This document shows, one piece after another, positions 16,311-23,778 of a stretch of DNA of 32,000 nt. Source of the DNA: Opitutales bacterium (GTDB lineage Bacteria > Verrucomicrobiota > Verrucomicrobiia > Opitutales > PNEW01). The position numbers were made by a program, and so were the translations under genes. Numbering within the stretch: position 1 is the first letter of the stretch; the number at the start of each line of letters is the position of its first letter. The stretch is taken from contig CBDCNV010000002.1 of assembly GCA_965219535.1 (NCBI GenBank), positions 660,001 to 692,000 on the forward strand. Reading direction: 5' to 3'. The notes beneath the pieces are model-generated. The model searched no databases and was not told the DNA's origin. It saw only the letters and a program-made list of their open reading frames with translations.

Positions 16311-17600
16311 TTGACAATTGAGATGAGAACAGCAACGATGTTTCCACTCATGGTAAGCAATGCAACGCGCTCGGAAAAAAGAAAGTCTAAAGTCTGGATT
16401 TATCCTCCTAAAAGTGGGATACATATTCGAGAAATTCTTAATCGAACCGCCAACAGATCGTACGGCATAAGCTACCGCGTCGAAGTCCCAGCAAAGTTAG
16501 CGGGGAAAAGATTACTTAAACAGTTTACAAAAAAGAAGGAAGCATACACCTGGGCAGAGTTTCAGTTTGCACAAGCACAGAGACAAGGACAGGCAGCTTT
16601 CGATATTACCCCCTGGCAACGAGAGCAAGCCATTGAAGCCTTTGTTATGATAGACGGTCTGGATATGACTTTACCCAGCGTGGTAAAATTTGCGGTCGCC
16701 CACCTGAAACCAGAAAAAGGTGATATCAGAATTAGTGAACTCGTTGAGAAATCTCTTCAGGATAAAGTTGAAAGGAACTTAAGGCCCCGAAGTATTGAAG
16801 ACTTTAGAAGCAGGGGGAACAAGATTTCAGAATCATTCGGTCATCTATTGGTAAAAGATGTTAATAAATCTCAAATCGAAGACTGGTTAAAATCTTTCCC
16901 CAACCTTAGCCCCTGCAGCATATTAAATTACCGTAGAGCTGTCTACGATCTTTTTGAGTTTGCGATTCGAGAAGGCTATAGAATGGGAGAGAATCCTGTC
17001 GCGCGCATACGGACACCCAAAATCGATTGGGTGGAACCAAAAATTCTAAGGATAGAAGAAGCGCAAAACTTGATTACTACTGCCTACCAGTATGCTCAAT
17101 TAGAATTATTACCTTTTATTGCCATTGGACTATTTGCGGGGATACGAGTTGCAGAAATGACCAGATTAAGATGGGATAATATTCAATTAGATGAAAAGAC
17201 GATCTATATCTCTTCGAAGATCTCCAAGAAAAGACGGGTTCGCATGGTCACAATTGAAGATAACTTACTTGAGTGGCTATTTCTTTGCCCCGACAGGGAC
17301 GGCCCGATTTGTCCATTAAAATACAAACAGAATTTCACGAAACTTCACCGATTAGCTGGGTTTCACAAATGGCATACCAACTTGATGCGACACTCGTTTG
17401 GCTCCTATTATTTCGAAATGTCCGGGGATCCTTTGAAGACAGCAACTGTTATGGGGCATCGCTCCAGTGATCAGCAGTTGTTTGACTCCTACCGTGCGTT
17501 CGTGCGCAGGGGGGAAGGAAAGCAATATTTCGACATTCGCCCGGGTCGCTTAGAAAAACCCCAAGTTGTCCCTTTTACACAAGCCGATAAGGGGAATTAA
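16311..17600 (+). CDS. tyrosine recombinase / phage-type integrase
   Basis: Catalytic signatures AGIRVAEMTRLRW (Arg), HTNLMRHSFGSYY (H-x-x-R) and GHRSSDQQLFDSY (His...Tyr). The ORF track starts at TTG 16311; ATG 16323 (MRTATMF...) is the more likely start. Confidence 0.8.
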   Translation: MTIEMRTATMFPLMVSNATRSEKRKSKVWIYPPKSGIHIREILNRTANRSYGISYRVEVPAKLAGKRLLKQFTKKKEAYTWAEFQFAQAQRQGQAAFDITPWQREQAIEAFVMIDGLDMTLPSVVKFAVAHLKPEKGDIRISELVEKSLQDKVERNLRPRSIEDFRSRGNKISESFGHLLVKDVNKSQIEDWLKSFPNLSPCSILNYRRAVYDLFEFAIREGYRMGENPVARIRTPKIDWVEPKILRIEEAQNLITTAYQYAQLELLPFIAIGLFAGIRVAEMTRLRWDNIQLDEKTIYISSKISKKRRVRMVTIEDNLLEWLFLCPDRDGPICPLKYKQNFTKLHRLAGFHKWHTNLMRHSFGSYYFEMSGDPLKTATVMGHRSSDQQLFDSYRAFVRRGEGKQYFDIRPGRLEKPQVVPFTQADKGN

Positions 17601-17606
17601 ATTTAA

Positions 17607-18491
17607 ATGCCACCAAAAACTAAACTTCCAGAGGCAGAATGGAATTTCACTAGCTTTTACGGGCCGGGTAAAGAAGATTTTAGGAAGTTGTTATATTACT
17701 ACGAATTCGGCCGTGAATATTACAATAGAGAACATGAAAATAACGAAGAACGTTATGCAGAAATCGTTGAGTTTGGATTAAAAAATCCCGGTAATAATGA
17801 TCTACCTGAATTTGATGATGCATTCGCCCCTAGAACTCCAGCTGCTCAATTTATTCGAGAGTTAGCAAGAGAAATAGAAGCAGGATTACCCGGTAGGCAT
17901 AGATTAGAGTTGCACTTTCTTGCTTTCAGGCAAACTCCCTTTTGTGCGCTGAAAAAAGGCCTGCAAAACAGGATTCTTAAAGTTTATAAAAATCCGTTAG
18001 GTTCGTTAACTAAAGATAGAGTCTCTTTACGCAATTATGGCTCTCAGATACCCTCACCAGATATGAGGGAGAAATTTAAGGGTATAGAAAAAGTATTCGT
18101 TAAAGGGTGGAAAGAACTCGGAAAGCAAATTCTCAATGAGAAGGACCAAAACTTATTTTGGGTAATATCTCCATTAGATTTACGCAATGACGATAGGATT
18201 ATTGAAAGCCAATTTAAGTACACACTAGCCTTCCTTGAAGGAGTCAGAAAAGACAGAAAAATTGAAGTTTTAAATACAAGGAGAAGGGGTAAGAAAAATT
18301 ACACCTCTGATCTTAAAAATTTAGCCGCTGCCCGAGCATTAAAACACTACGACGACGATGTTTGGACAGCCAAGGAAAAGACAGAGGGTATTAATAAAAA
18401 AGGCGAAAAAACCCCTATATATGTTAGAAACGATGATTGGTTGAAGACGCCTGAAATTGTTGAATCAGTTCTAAAAGAGTTATTTAACTAG
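17607..18491 (+). CDS. hypothetical protein (island cargo, no recognisable domain)
   Basis: 294-aa ORF starting 6 nt after the integrase stop. It is lysine/glutamate-rich and I recognise no motifs. It is followed by a perfect 15-bp-stem hairpin. Confidence 0.5.
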   Translation: MPPKTKLPEAEWNFTSFYGPGKEDFRKLLYYYEFGREYYNREHENNEERYAEIVEFGLKNPGNNDLPEFDDAFAPRTPAAQFIRELAREIEAGLPGRHRLELHFLAFRQTPFCALKKGLQNRILKVYKNPLGSLTKDRVSLRNYGSQIPSPDMREKFKGIEKVFVKGWKELGKQILNEKDQNLFWVISPLDLRNDDRIIESQFKYTLAFLEGVRKDRKIEVLNTRRRGKKNYTSDLKNLAAARALKHYDDDVWTAKEKTEGINKKGEKTPIYVRNDDWLKTPEIVESVLKELFN

Positions 18492-18498
18492 GTTTTTC

Positions 18499-18532
18499 TT
18501 ATGAGCGATAATATATTTATTATCGCTCATAA
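18499..18532. terminator. perfect hairpin (15-bp stem, 4-nt loop)
   Basis: TTATGAGCGATAATA-tatt-TATTATCGCTCATAA starts 7 nt after the stop of 17607..18491. There is no U-tract after it, so it could instead be a protein-binding palindrome. Confidence 0.45.
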
Positions 18533-18577
18533 ATTCGGGTCGATAGCGTCACTCAATGCCTTAGGTTTCCTTCTAAC

Positions 18578-18829
18578 ATGGAAGGGAAAGGTAATTTTGT
18601 TCCGAACAGCTACGAAGATGCAAAATCTGAACTGCGCAGGAACCCACCAGCCATAATGGGTGAAATTGAGTTGGCAGAGTATCTTGGCTGTTCAACTCGC
18701 CATATACGCAACTTAGTGGCTCGTCGCGTCCTTCCATTTTTCAAACTCGGTCGGCGCCGATTGTTCAGACGTGAAGCGATCTTGAAGACCCTGGAGAAAC
18801 TCGAAATCCCATCCCTGGGAGGACGTTAA
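18578..18829 (+). CDS. excisionase-family helix-turn-helix DNA-binding protein
   Basis: 83 aa. LAEYLGCSTRHIRNLVARRVLPFFKLGRRRLFRREAI is the typical MerR-like/excisionase HTH pattern of small island-encoded Xis/AlpA-type proteins. Confidence 0.6.
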   Translation: MEGKGNFVPNSYEDAKSELRRNPPAIMGEIELAEYLGCSTRHIRNLVARRVLPFFKLGRRRLFRREAILKTLEKLEIPSLGGR

Positions 18830-18902
18830 TGAGAAATTTAAAGATTCAAAGCATGAAAAGCACGCAATCACATTTAATTGAATTACTTATATCACACCTG
18901 AA

Positions 18903-19619
18903 ATGACATACCAAGGTTACATATTGCTTCATAGAAAACTACTTGACTCAAATCTTTGGCGACAACAGCCACCGGCAACATTTAAAACAGCCGCATATCT
19001 GATACTATCTTGTAATCATAGGCCTTCATCGTGGGCAGATATCACCATCGAAAGAGGTGAGACATTCCGAACAATCGAAAAAATGATCGATGAAGTATCA
19101 ATGTCCGCTCCTACCCTTCGTAAGGCCCTTAGCAACCTCGAAAAGGCAGGATTCATCACAAGAACTACCCCTCTGGGGAAAAACAGGGGATTTCTGATCA
19201 AGGTTATAAATTATAACCTATATCAAAGTGTTTCTTCAACTTTGTCTGATACTTCACCCATTCATGAAAACGGTAAAAAGCACTTGAATAATTCTGGTTC
19301 CGAGATTGGGCAACAGGCAGAAAAAATCTACAAAATATACCCCAGAAAAATAGATAAAATCCGTGCCATTAAAGCAATTATAAAGGCCATTAATAAGCAC
19401 GGTTTTAACCACATCTTTGAGAGAACCCAATTATACGCACAGAAGTATAACGGTGATCCCACATTTATTCCCTATCCCTGTACATTTTTTAATCAAGAAC
19501 GCTATAATGATGACGCATCTGAATGGTCAAATAATACAACAAATAGATCTTCGCGCCAATTTAAACCTCAAAAGATTTCAAGCGAAAATTTCGAAACGAC
19601 AATAAAGAAAAGTTTATAA
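18903..19619 (+). CDS. putative replication-initiator-like / winged-helix DNA-binding protein
   Basis: 238 aa. The N-terminal GYILLHRKLLDSNLW...ERGETFRTIEKMIDEVSMSAPTLRKALSNLEKAGFI resembles the N-terminal wHTH of phage/plasmid replisome-organizer proteins. The C-terminal half is unassigned. Confidence 0.4.
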   Translation: MTYQGYILLHRKLLDSNLWRQQPPATFKTAAYLILSCNHRPSSWADITIERGETFRTIEKMIDEVSMSAPTLRKALSNLEKAGFITRTTPLGKNRGFLIKVINYNLYQSVSSTLSDTSPIHENGKKHLNNSGSEIGQQAEKIYKIYPRKIDKIRAIKAIIKAINKHGFNHIFERTQLYAQKYNGDPTFIPYPCTFFNQERYNDDASEWSNNTTNRSSRQFKPQKISSENFETTIKKSL

Positions 19620-19621
19620 TT

Positions 19622-19831
19622 ATGTATTTTAGTACCGGTTTACGTGCAATATGGGAAGATGTTCCGAGCGGTAAGTTTTCGGAAATAGAAAAAGCACACA
19701 AGTCATGGCTGTCAAAGTCACGATGTTGCGACATTCATAAAAAGGAGCAATTAAGCTTAAGGACTGAAGTAAGCATAAGCAAGGTTAAGGAATATAACGG
19801 CCCTAACAGAATCCCCAGCAACATGGAGTGA
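19622..19831 (+). pseudogene. 5' part of a hypothetical gene interrupted by the IS3-family element
   Basis: The ORF ends at the TGA formed by the first three bases of the IS terminus (TGACCCCC at 19829). A coding-looking open frame resumes directly after the IS. Confidence 0.35.
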
Positions 19832-19888
19832 CCCCCAAAAATCGTATCATTTACAGAGAGAGGTTATCGGGATAAACAGATAACCTCA

Positions 19889-20182
19889 ATGAAAAGAAAA
19901 AGATACACAACAGAACAGATTATAACAATATTGCGGCAAGCCGATACCGGTAAAACGGTACAGGAAATCTGCCGTGGAAACAACCTGAGCGAACAGACTT
20001 TCTATCGCTGGCGTAAAAAATATGGCAATTTAGAACTTGCCGATGCGAAGCGATTTAAAGAGCTGGAAAAAGAATTCACGAGCGCAAGCGAGAAGGCCTG
20101 ACATACCGAGCTGAAGAAGCTGCTCGCAGATCAAATGCTCAAGAATCAGGTAATGGAGGAAACGCTGTCAAAAAAATGGTGA
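19889..20182 (+). pseudogene. IS3-family transposase orfA with in-frame TGA
   Basis: HTH (TEQIITILRQADTGKTVQEICRGNNLSEQTFYRWRKKYG) followed by a leucine-zipper region. An in-frame TGA at 20099-20101 lies inside an apparently extra segment FTSASEKA*. The frame continues ...TELKKLLADQMLKNQVMEETLSKKW to TGA at 20180-20182. Confidence 0.65.
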
Positions 20183-21141
20183 GCCCAAAGCAGAAGAAAC
20201 GAGTAGTAAAAGCTGCGGCTGAGAAAGGGTTGTGCTCGTTGCGGAGGGCTTGTGCTTATCTCAGCCTGAGTTGGTCAACGTTCAGTTACCGGCCCAAACA
20301 GGCCAGTGAGAAAGCTCAGCGGTTGGTCGAGCGGATTGTGAGCTTGTCCTGGAAACATCCCCGCTACGGTTACCGGCGCATCCGTGCCTTGCTGGTAAAG
20401 GAAGGCTGGACAACAAGCAGGAAGTTTGTCCAGGCGGTACGACGTTCAGAAGGGCTGCAGGTAAAGCCCCCGAAAAAGGGCAGACACCGTCAAGGAGTCT
20501 CTACGGGGTCACCTACTAAAGCAAAGGGTCGCAATCACGTTTGGTCCTGGGACTTTGTCCATGATCGTACAGACAACGGCGGTCCATTAAAGATGATGAC
20601 TCTGATCGATGTACCGAGGAGCTGAAAGCGACGACACTCAAGCGAAGCGAAGACATATACGCGTAAATGCCTGGATATCCGGGTCGCTCGTCAACTCACC
20701 TCAACCGATGTCCTCTCTGTGCTTAGCGAGGCCATTGAAGAGGAGGGACCTCCCAGCTATATCCGTAGTGACAACGGCAGTGAGTTCATTGCTCATCAAG
20801 TGCAGCAGTGGTTGTCCGGTAATAACATAAAGGCGATCTATATCGATCCGGGCAGTCCCTGGCAAAACGGTTTCATCGAGTCGTTTCACAACCGCTTACG
20901 CGATGAGTGTTTGAACCGTGAAGTGTTGCTCAGCGTGGCTGAAGCGCAAGTGGTAATCGAACAATGGCGTCAGACCTATAACCATGAACATCCCCACAGT
21001 CGTTTAGGCTTCAAAAGCCCACAAGAGTTTGTCAGATTCCTTTCCGATCTTGGCCGCGTTCGGGCTACGCCCTCACTTCGCCAAGATCTCTCATATACAT
21101 CAATCCTAAAACCATTAACACCCGGTAACTCTCTCACTTAA
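20176..21141 (+). pseudogene. IS3-family transposase orfB (rve/DDE) with in-frame TGA
   Basis: ORFs 20176..20625 and 20719..21141 are in the same frame, separated only by TGA at 20623-20625. That stop lies inside an apparently extra segment (MTLID-VPRS*KRRHSSEAKT-YTRKCLDIRVAR). Confidence 0.65.
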
Positions 21142-21164
21142 ATTGGTACGAAAAACGGGGTCCG

Positions 21165-21347
21165 ATCATTCCTGTTCCTGAGTTAGCAAATGGTGGATAT
21201 GATGGACTCTCAGAGGGAGATAAGAAGGAAAAGCTTAAGAATGATTTTACTGCCTTTATCCAACGTCGGGGGGAAATTGTAATTAAAGCGATTCATTTGC
21301 TTACCCAAGGGCGGCAATTAAGCATTGCAAAGCTTTTCCAGAATTAA
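21165..21347 (+). pseudogene. 3' part of the hypothetical gene interrupted by the IS3-family element
   Basis: Open frame IIPVPELANGGYDGLSEGDKKEKLKNDFTAFIQRRGEIVIKAIHLLTQGRQLSIAKLFQN* begins at the IS right end and has no start codon of its own. Confidence 0.35.
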
Positions 21348-21375
21348 GCTAACGTCCTACTTTCTAAATTTAGAG

Positions 21376-22205
21376 TGACCAAAAAATATCGAATCATTTA
21401 CAGAGAACGCTATGTGGTCTTTGAGTATTATAATCAAGCCGCCAAGTTTCAAGTTTTTCTTTTGCTTCAGCCAGCGTACAAAAATACTCGGTGTTAAGAA
21501 GTTCATCTCGTAAGCGTCCATTGAAGAGCTAAATATAGCCATTTTCTACGGGTTTAGCAGACTGGATAAAATCCAGCTGGTTGCCGTGGCCGTAAACCTA
21601 CTCATCGACAACGGTGAGAATGCGCAATGGGTGGCCTTTGGCCAGCCGATCGCTCATAAAGTCCATCGACCAGCATTCCTAGGGTGCTGAAGCCACGGTC
21701 ACTGAGAGCTGCTGTTGTGCAGCATGCTTCTTACATTTCTTCGTACGCACTTACTCCCTTGTAGCATCGATAACCGCGTTTCTTTCCTTCCAGCCAGCCT
21801 TCTCGATTTAACAACACCGTAATTCACCTATGCCCGTAGCCGCATGCCCACCGTAGCGAGGTCACAGATACGAACCATCAACGCGCATTTGTCCTACTTC
21901 ACACAGCTAGTCGTTATAACTCGATTAACCAAAAGGCATTAGCCTGTATGCCCGGCGTTTGCTCACCTCGTAGGTTTCCACTTAACACTCAGCAACCACC
22001 ATATTGCACACAAGCTAAATTCACTTGATTCCCAGACCAGTGTATTTCCCTCCCAACGGTGGTAAGGTCTGTTCGCTCACACTTGACTCTCCGCACACTT
22101 CGGCAATCCTATTTGTTTTTCATGGGGTTTTTCCTGTCTTTTATTTTCTTTTCCACCCATGCGAGACTAAATATTTGCTCGTCAAGTTTAATGGGGTTAG
22201 GTCGC
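21376..22205 (-). mobile_element. degenerate IS3-family remnant (opposite orientation)
   Basis: The terminus TGACCAAAAAATATCGAATCATTTACAGAGAAC at 21376 resembles the 19829 terminus. The - strand reads broken transposase pieces: ...VSEQTYHRWEGKYTGL near 22050-22100, then ...TVVDE*..., then ...LFNGRLRDELLNTEYFCTLAEAKEKLETWRLDYNTQRPHS near 21400-21520. There are many stops, frameshifts and an internal deletion. The right boundary is approximate. Confidence 0.55.
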
Positions 22206-22241
22206 AGTCCCCCCCTGTTTTATTAAGCTTACCCAACTGAT

Positions 22242-23456
22242 TCATCCCCCGGGGACTATCCTCCAGAAACGATCTGCTTCCTCAGTCGTTACCAAGTCGA
22301 GATAGTACTTGCGGATCACGGATTCAGAGTTACCCGCCTGAAGGGCAGCGTCTCCTACCGAGCGAAAGGACCCCACCGTCATCGAAATATAGGTATGCCG
22401 AAGGACATTATGAGATAGCTTGCGCTCTTTACGGACATGGACCCACATGTCTCTGAACCTCCTTGTTGGAATGATGGGGTAGCGGGCAGGTGGATACTTC
22501 TCCAGCCAGAGGCTTAAGTTGGGTTGGATTTTAATGGCACGTTTATCATTAACTTTAGAGACATCCGGTTCGATAAGAATAACCCCGGTGTCCGTATGGA
22601 TGTGCTTGGGTTTGAGTTTACTCATTTCACCGTGCTTCCAGTCGGGTCTGATTCCTGCAAACAGGGTTAATGAGTAGTAGGGTACCATGCACCCGGGCAC
22701 GCCCCACCAGGATCCGTCCCTGTTCTGCTTCCCACGATAAGTTTCCAGCCATTCCATCAGATCGGCTGCTTCATTAGCAGAGAGAATCTCCGCTGTACCC
22801 CTGCGTTGCTTTATTTTATACTGAGGAACTTCCAGGATCGGGTTTTCTCCCACATATTTTTTCGACACGCAGTACTTAAAAAATGTACTTAAATATCCAC
22901 GGTAGTTATTCCAACTTTTAAGGGAAAGCGTTGCTTTTGATCGACCGTGTCGTGTGTCGAGGTAAGTATTAAGCTCTTCAGCTTGAATTTCATTAACGAT
23001 CCGTCCTGCGAAATAGTGCTTTAACTTTTTCATCTCCAAGGCAATAGCGTGCTCCTGGCGATAGGATATGATTCCGCGCTCTAATTCTTTGGATTTATGA
23101 TCGCAATACTCTCGAACAGCCTCTTCGACAGTCATTGTCTCAGCAGCTTCTTTATAATGTGCTAAAAAGTAGTTAACAGCGAAGGTGAGAGGTTTATTGG
23201 ACTTGGCTTGGTTGAGGCGATTAATAGCTGAAATGGCCTCTTTGTTCTGCCCGTGGGTCAGGGTTGTCCAAACGGTCTGCCCTTCGGATTGTTCGTTTAA
23301 ATAACGGATAGATAACTTTTGACGCTCGGCGACAGCATCGTTTCGGGATTTGAAATTTTTGCGTATTTGCTTACCATTCAGGGTGCCGGATAACCGCCAG
23401 GCTTCTGACCCGCTAGGGTTGATAAACCCGGTGATTTTAAATCTCTGTTTCGCCAT
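22242..23456 (-). CDS. tyrosine recombinase / phage-type integrase
   Basis: 404 aa. AGIRPDWKHGEMSKLK (Arg), SHNVLRHTYISMTV (H-x-x-R) and GNSESVIRKYY (Tyr). The start codon lies 57 nt from the 3' end of tRNA-Pro, the classic tRNA-integrase arrangement. Confidence 0.8.
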   Translation of the reverse strand: MAKQRFKITGFINPSGSEAWRLSGTLNGKQIRKNFKSRNDAVAERQKLSIRYLNEQSEGQTVWTTLTHGQNKEAISAINRLNQAKSNKPLTFAVNYFLAHYKEAAETMTVEEAVREYCDHKSKELERGIISYRQEHAIALEMKKLKHYFAGRIVNEIQAEELNTYLDTRHGRSKATLSLKSWNNYRGYLSTFFKYCVSKKYVGENPILEVPQYKIKQRRGTAEILSANEAADLMEWLETYRGKQNRDGSWWGVPGCMVPYYSLTLFAGIRPDWKHGEMSKLKPKHIHTDTGVILIEPDVSKVNDKRAIKIQPNLSLWLEKYPPARYPIIPTRRFRDMWVHVRKERKLSHNVLRHTYISMTVGSFRSVGDAALQAGNSESVIRKYYLDLVTTEEADRFWRIVPGG

Positions 23457-23513
23457 CTAAATTAAAATTTGCTAAATAGGATTAGCAAATTTTAACAAAA
23501 TGTCGATAAATAA

Positions 23514-23590
23514 TGGTCGGGGCGACTGGACTTGAACCAGCGACCTCTGCGTCCCGAACGCAGCGCTCTACCAGGCTGAGCTACACCCCG
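23514..23590 (-). tRNA. tRNA-Pro (anticodon CGG)
   Basis: The reverse complement folds as a 77-nt cloverleaf. Acceptor CGGGGTG, TA, D-arm GCTC-AGCCTGGTA-GAGC, anticodon arm CTGCG-TTCGGGA-CGCAG (CGG), variable AGGTC, T-arm GCTGG-TTCAAGT-CCAGT, acceptor CGCCCCG, A73, encoded CCA. Confidence 0.9.
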
Positions 23591-23664
23591 CTTAATACAG
23601 GGTAATACTTATATTACTTTTTAAAGGGTCAACGAAAGCTATTTTTTCTTGAGCGAAGATTAAA

Positions 23665-23778
23665 GGTGGAACGCGCTGCGATTCGGCTGAGCTCATCGAA
23701 GTCCTGTCCGTCATAGCCTTGGCGACGGCTGTTCCCTAGCGCGTTAGAGAGTGTTGTAAGTGAAGAAGCGTGCTGGGA
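23665..23778. repeat. REP-like palindromic intergenic element (partial), abutting the IS481-like copy
   Basis: It starts GGTGGAACGCGCTG and ends ...GCTGTTCCCTAGCGCGTTAGAGAG...CGTGCTGGGA. The last 57 bp (23722-23778) are identical to the outer flank of the second IS copy (30513-30569, reverse complement). Confidence 0.55.

Larger units (their letters stand above)
19829..21163 (+). mobile_element. IS3-family insertion sequence (IS407/IS2-like), transposase frames disrupted
   Basis: Left end TGACCCCCAAAAATCGTATCATTTACAGAGAG. The right end, CTCTCACTTAAATTGGTACGAAAAACGGGGTCC, is its imperfect inverse. It has orfA, an A7 slippery run at 20170-20176, and a -1 frame orfB with a DDE core (IRSDNGSEF ... 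ESFHNRLRDECLN). Confidence 0.75.
16173..23513. mobile_element. Composite integrative island adjacent to tRNA-Pro (two integrases, xis-like, rep-like, IS3 copies)
   Basis: The right edge is set by the 3' end of tRNA-Pro, with integrase 22242..23456 directly next to it. The left edge is set by truncation of the GNAT gene and the tRNA-like fragment next to integrase 16311..17600. No flanking direct repeat was found, so the edges are approximate. Confidence 0.5.

Noticed and set aside
20099-20625. The in-frame TGA codons in both IS3 frames could indicate TGA recoding (Trp, Gly or Sec).
   Set aside because: TGA clearly terminates many well-supported genes in this window, for example at 169-171, 1035-1037, 2838-2840 and 29085-29087. 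The simpler reading is an inactivated IS.
21357-22240. ORFs 21357..21542 (-) and 22025..22240 (+) as independent genes.
   Set aside because: The first is the C-terminal piece of the decayed IS3 transposase (…FNGRLRDELLN… in a neighbouring frame). The second runs antisense through the remnant's orfA region. Neither is an independent gene.
16150-23513. A direct repeat of the tRNA-Pro 3' end (TGGTCGGGGCGACTGGACTTGAACC on the + strand) marking the far island boundary.
   Set aside because: I searched by eye around 16150-16320, 19800-19830 and 21160-22240 and found no match of useful length. The boundary is therefore given as approximate.
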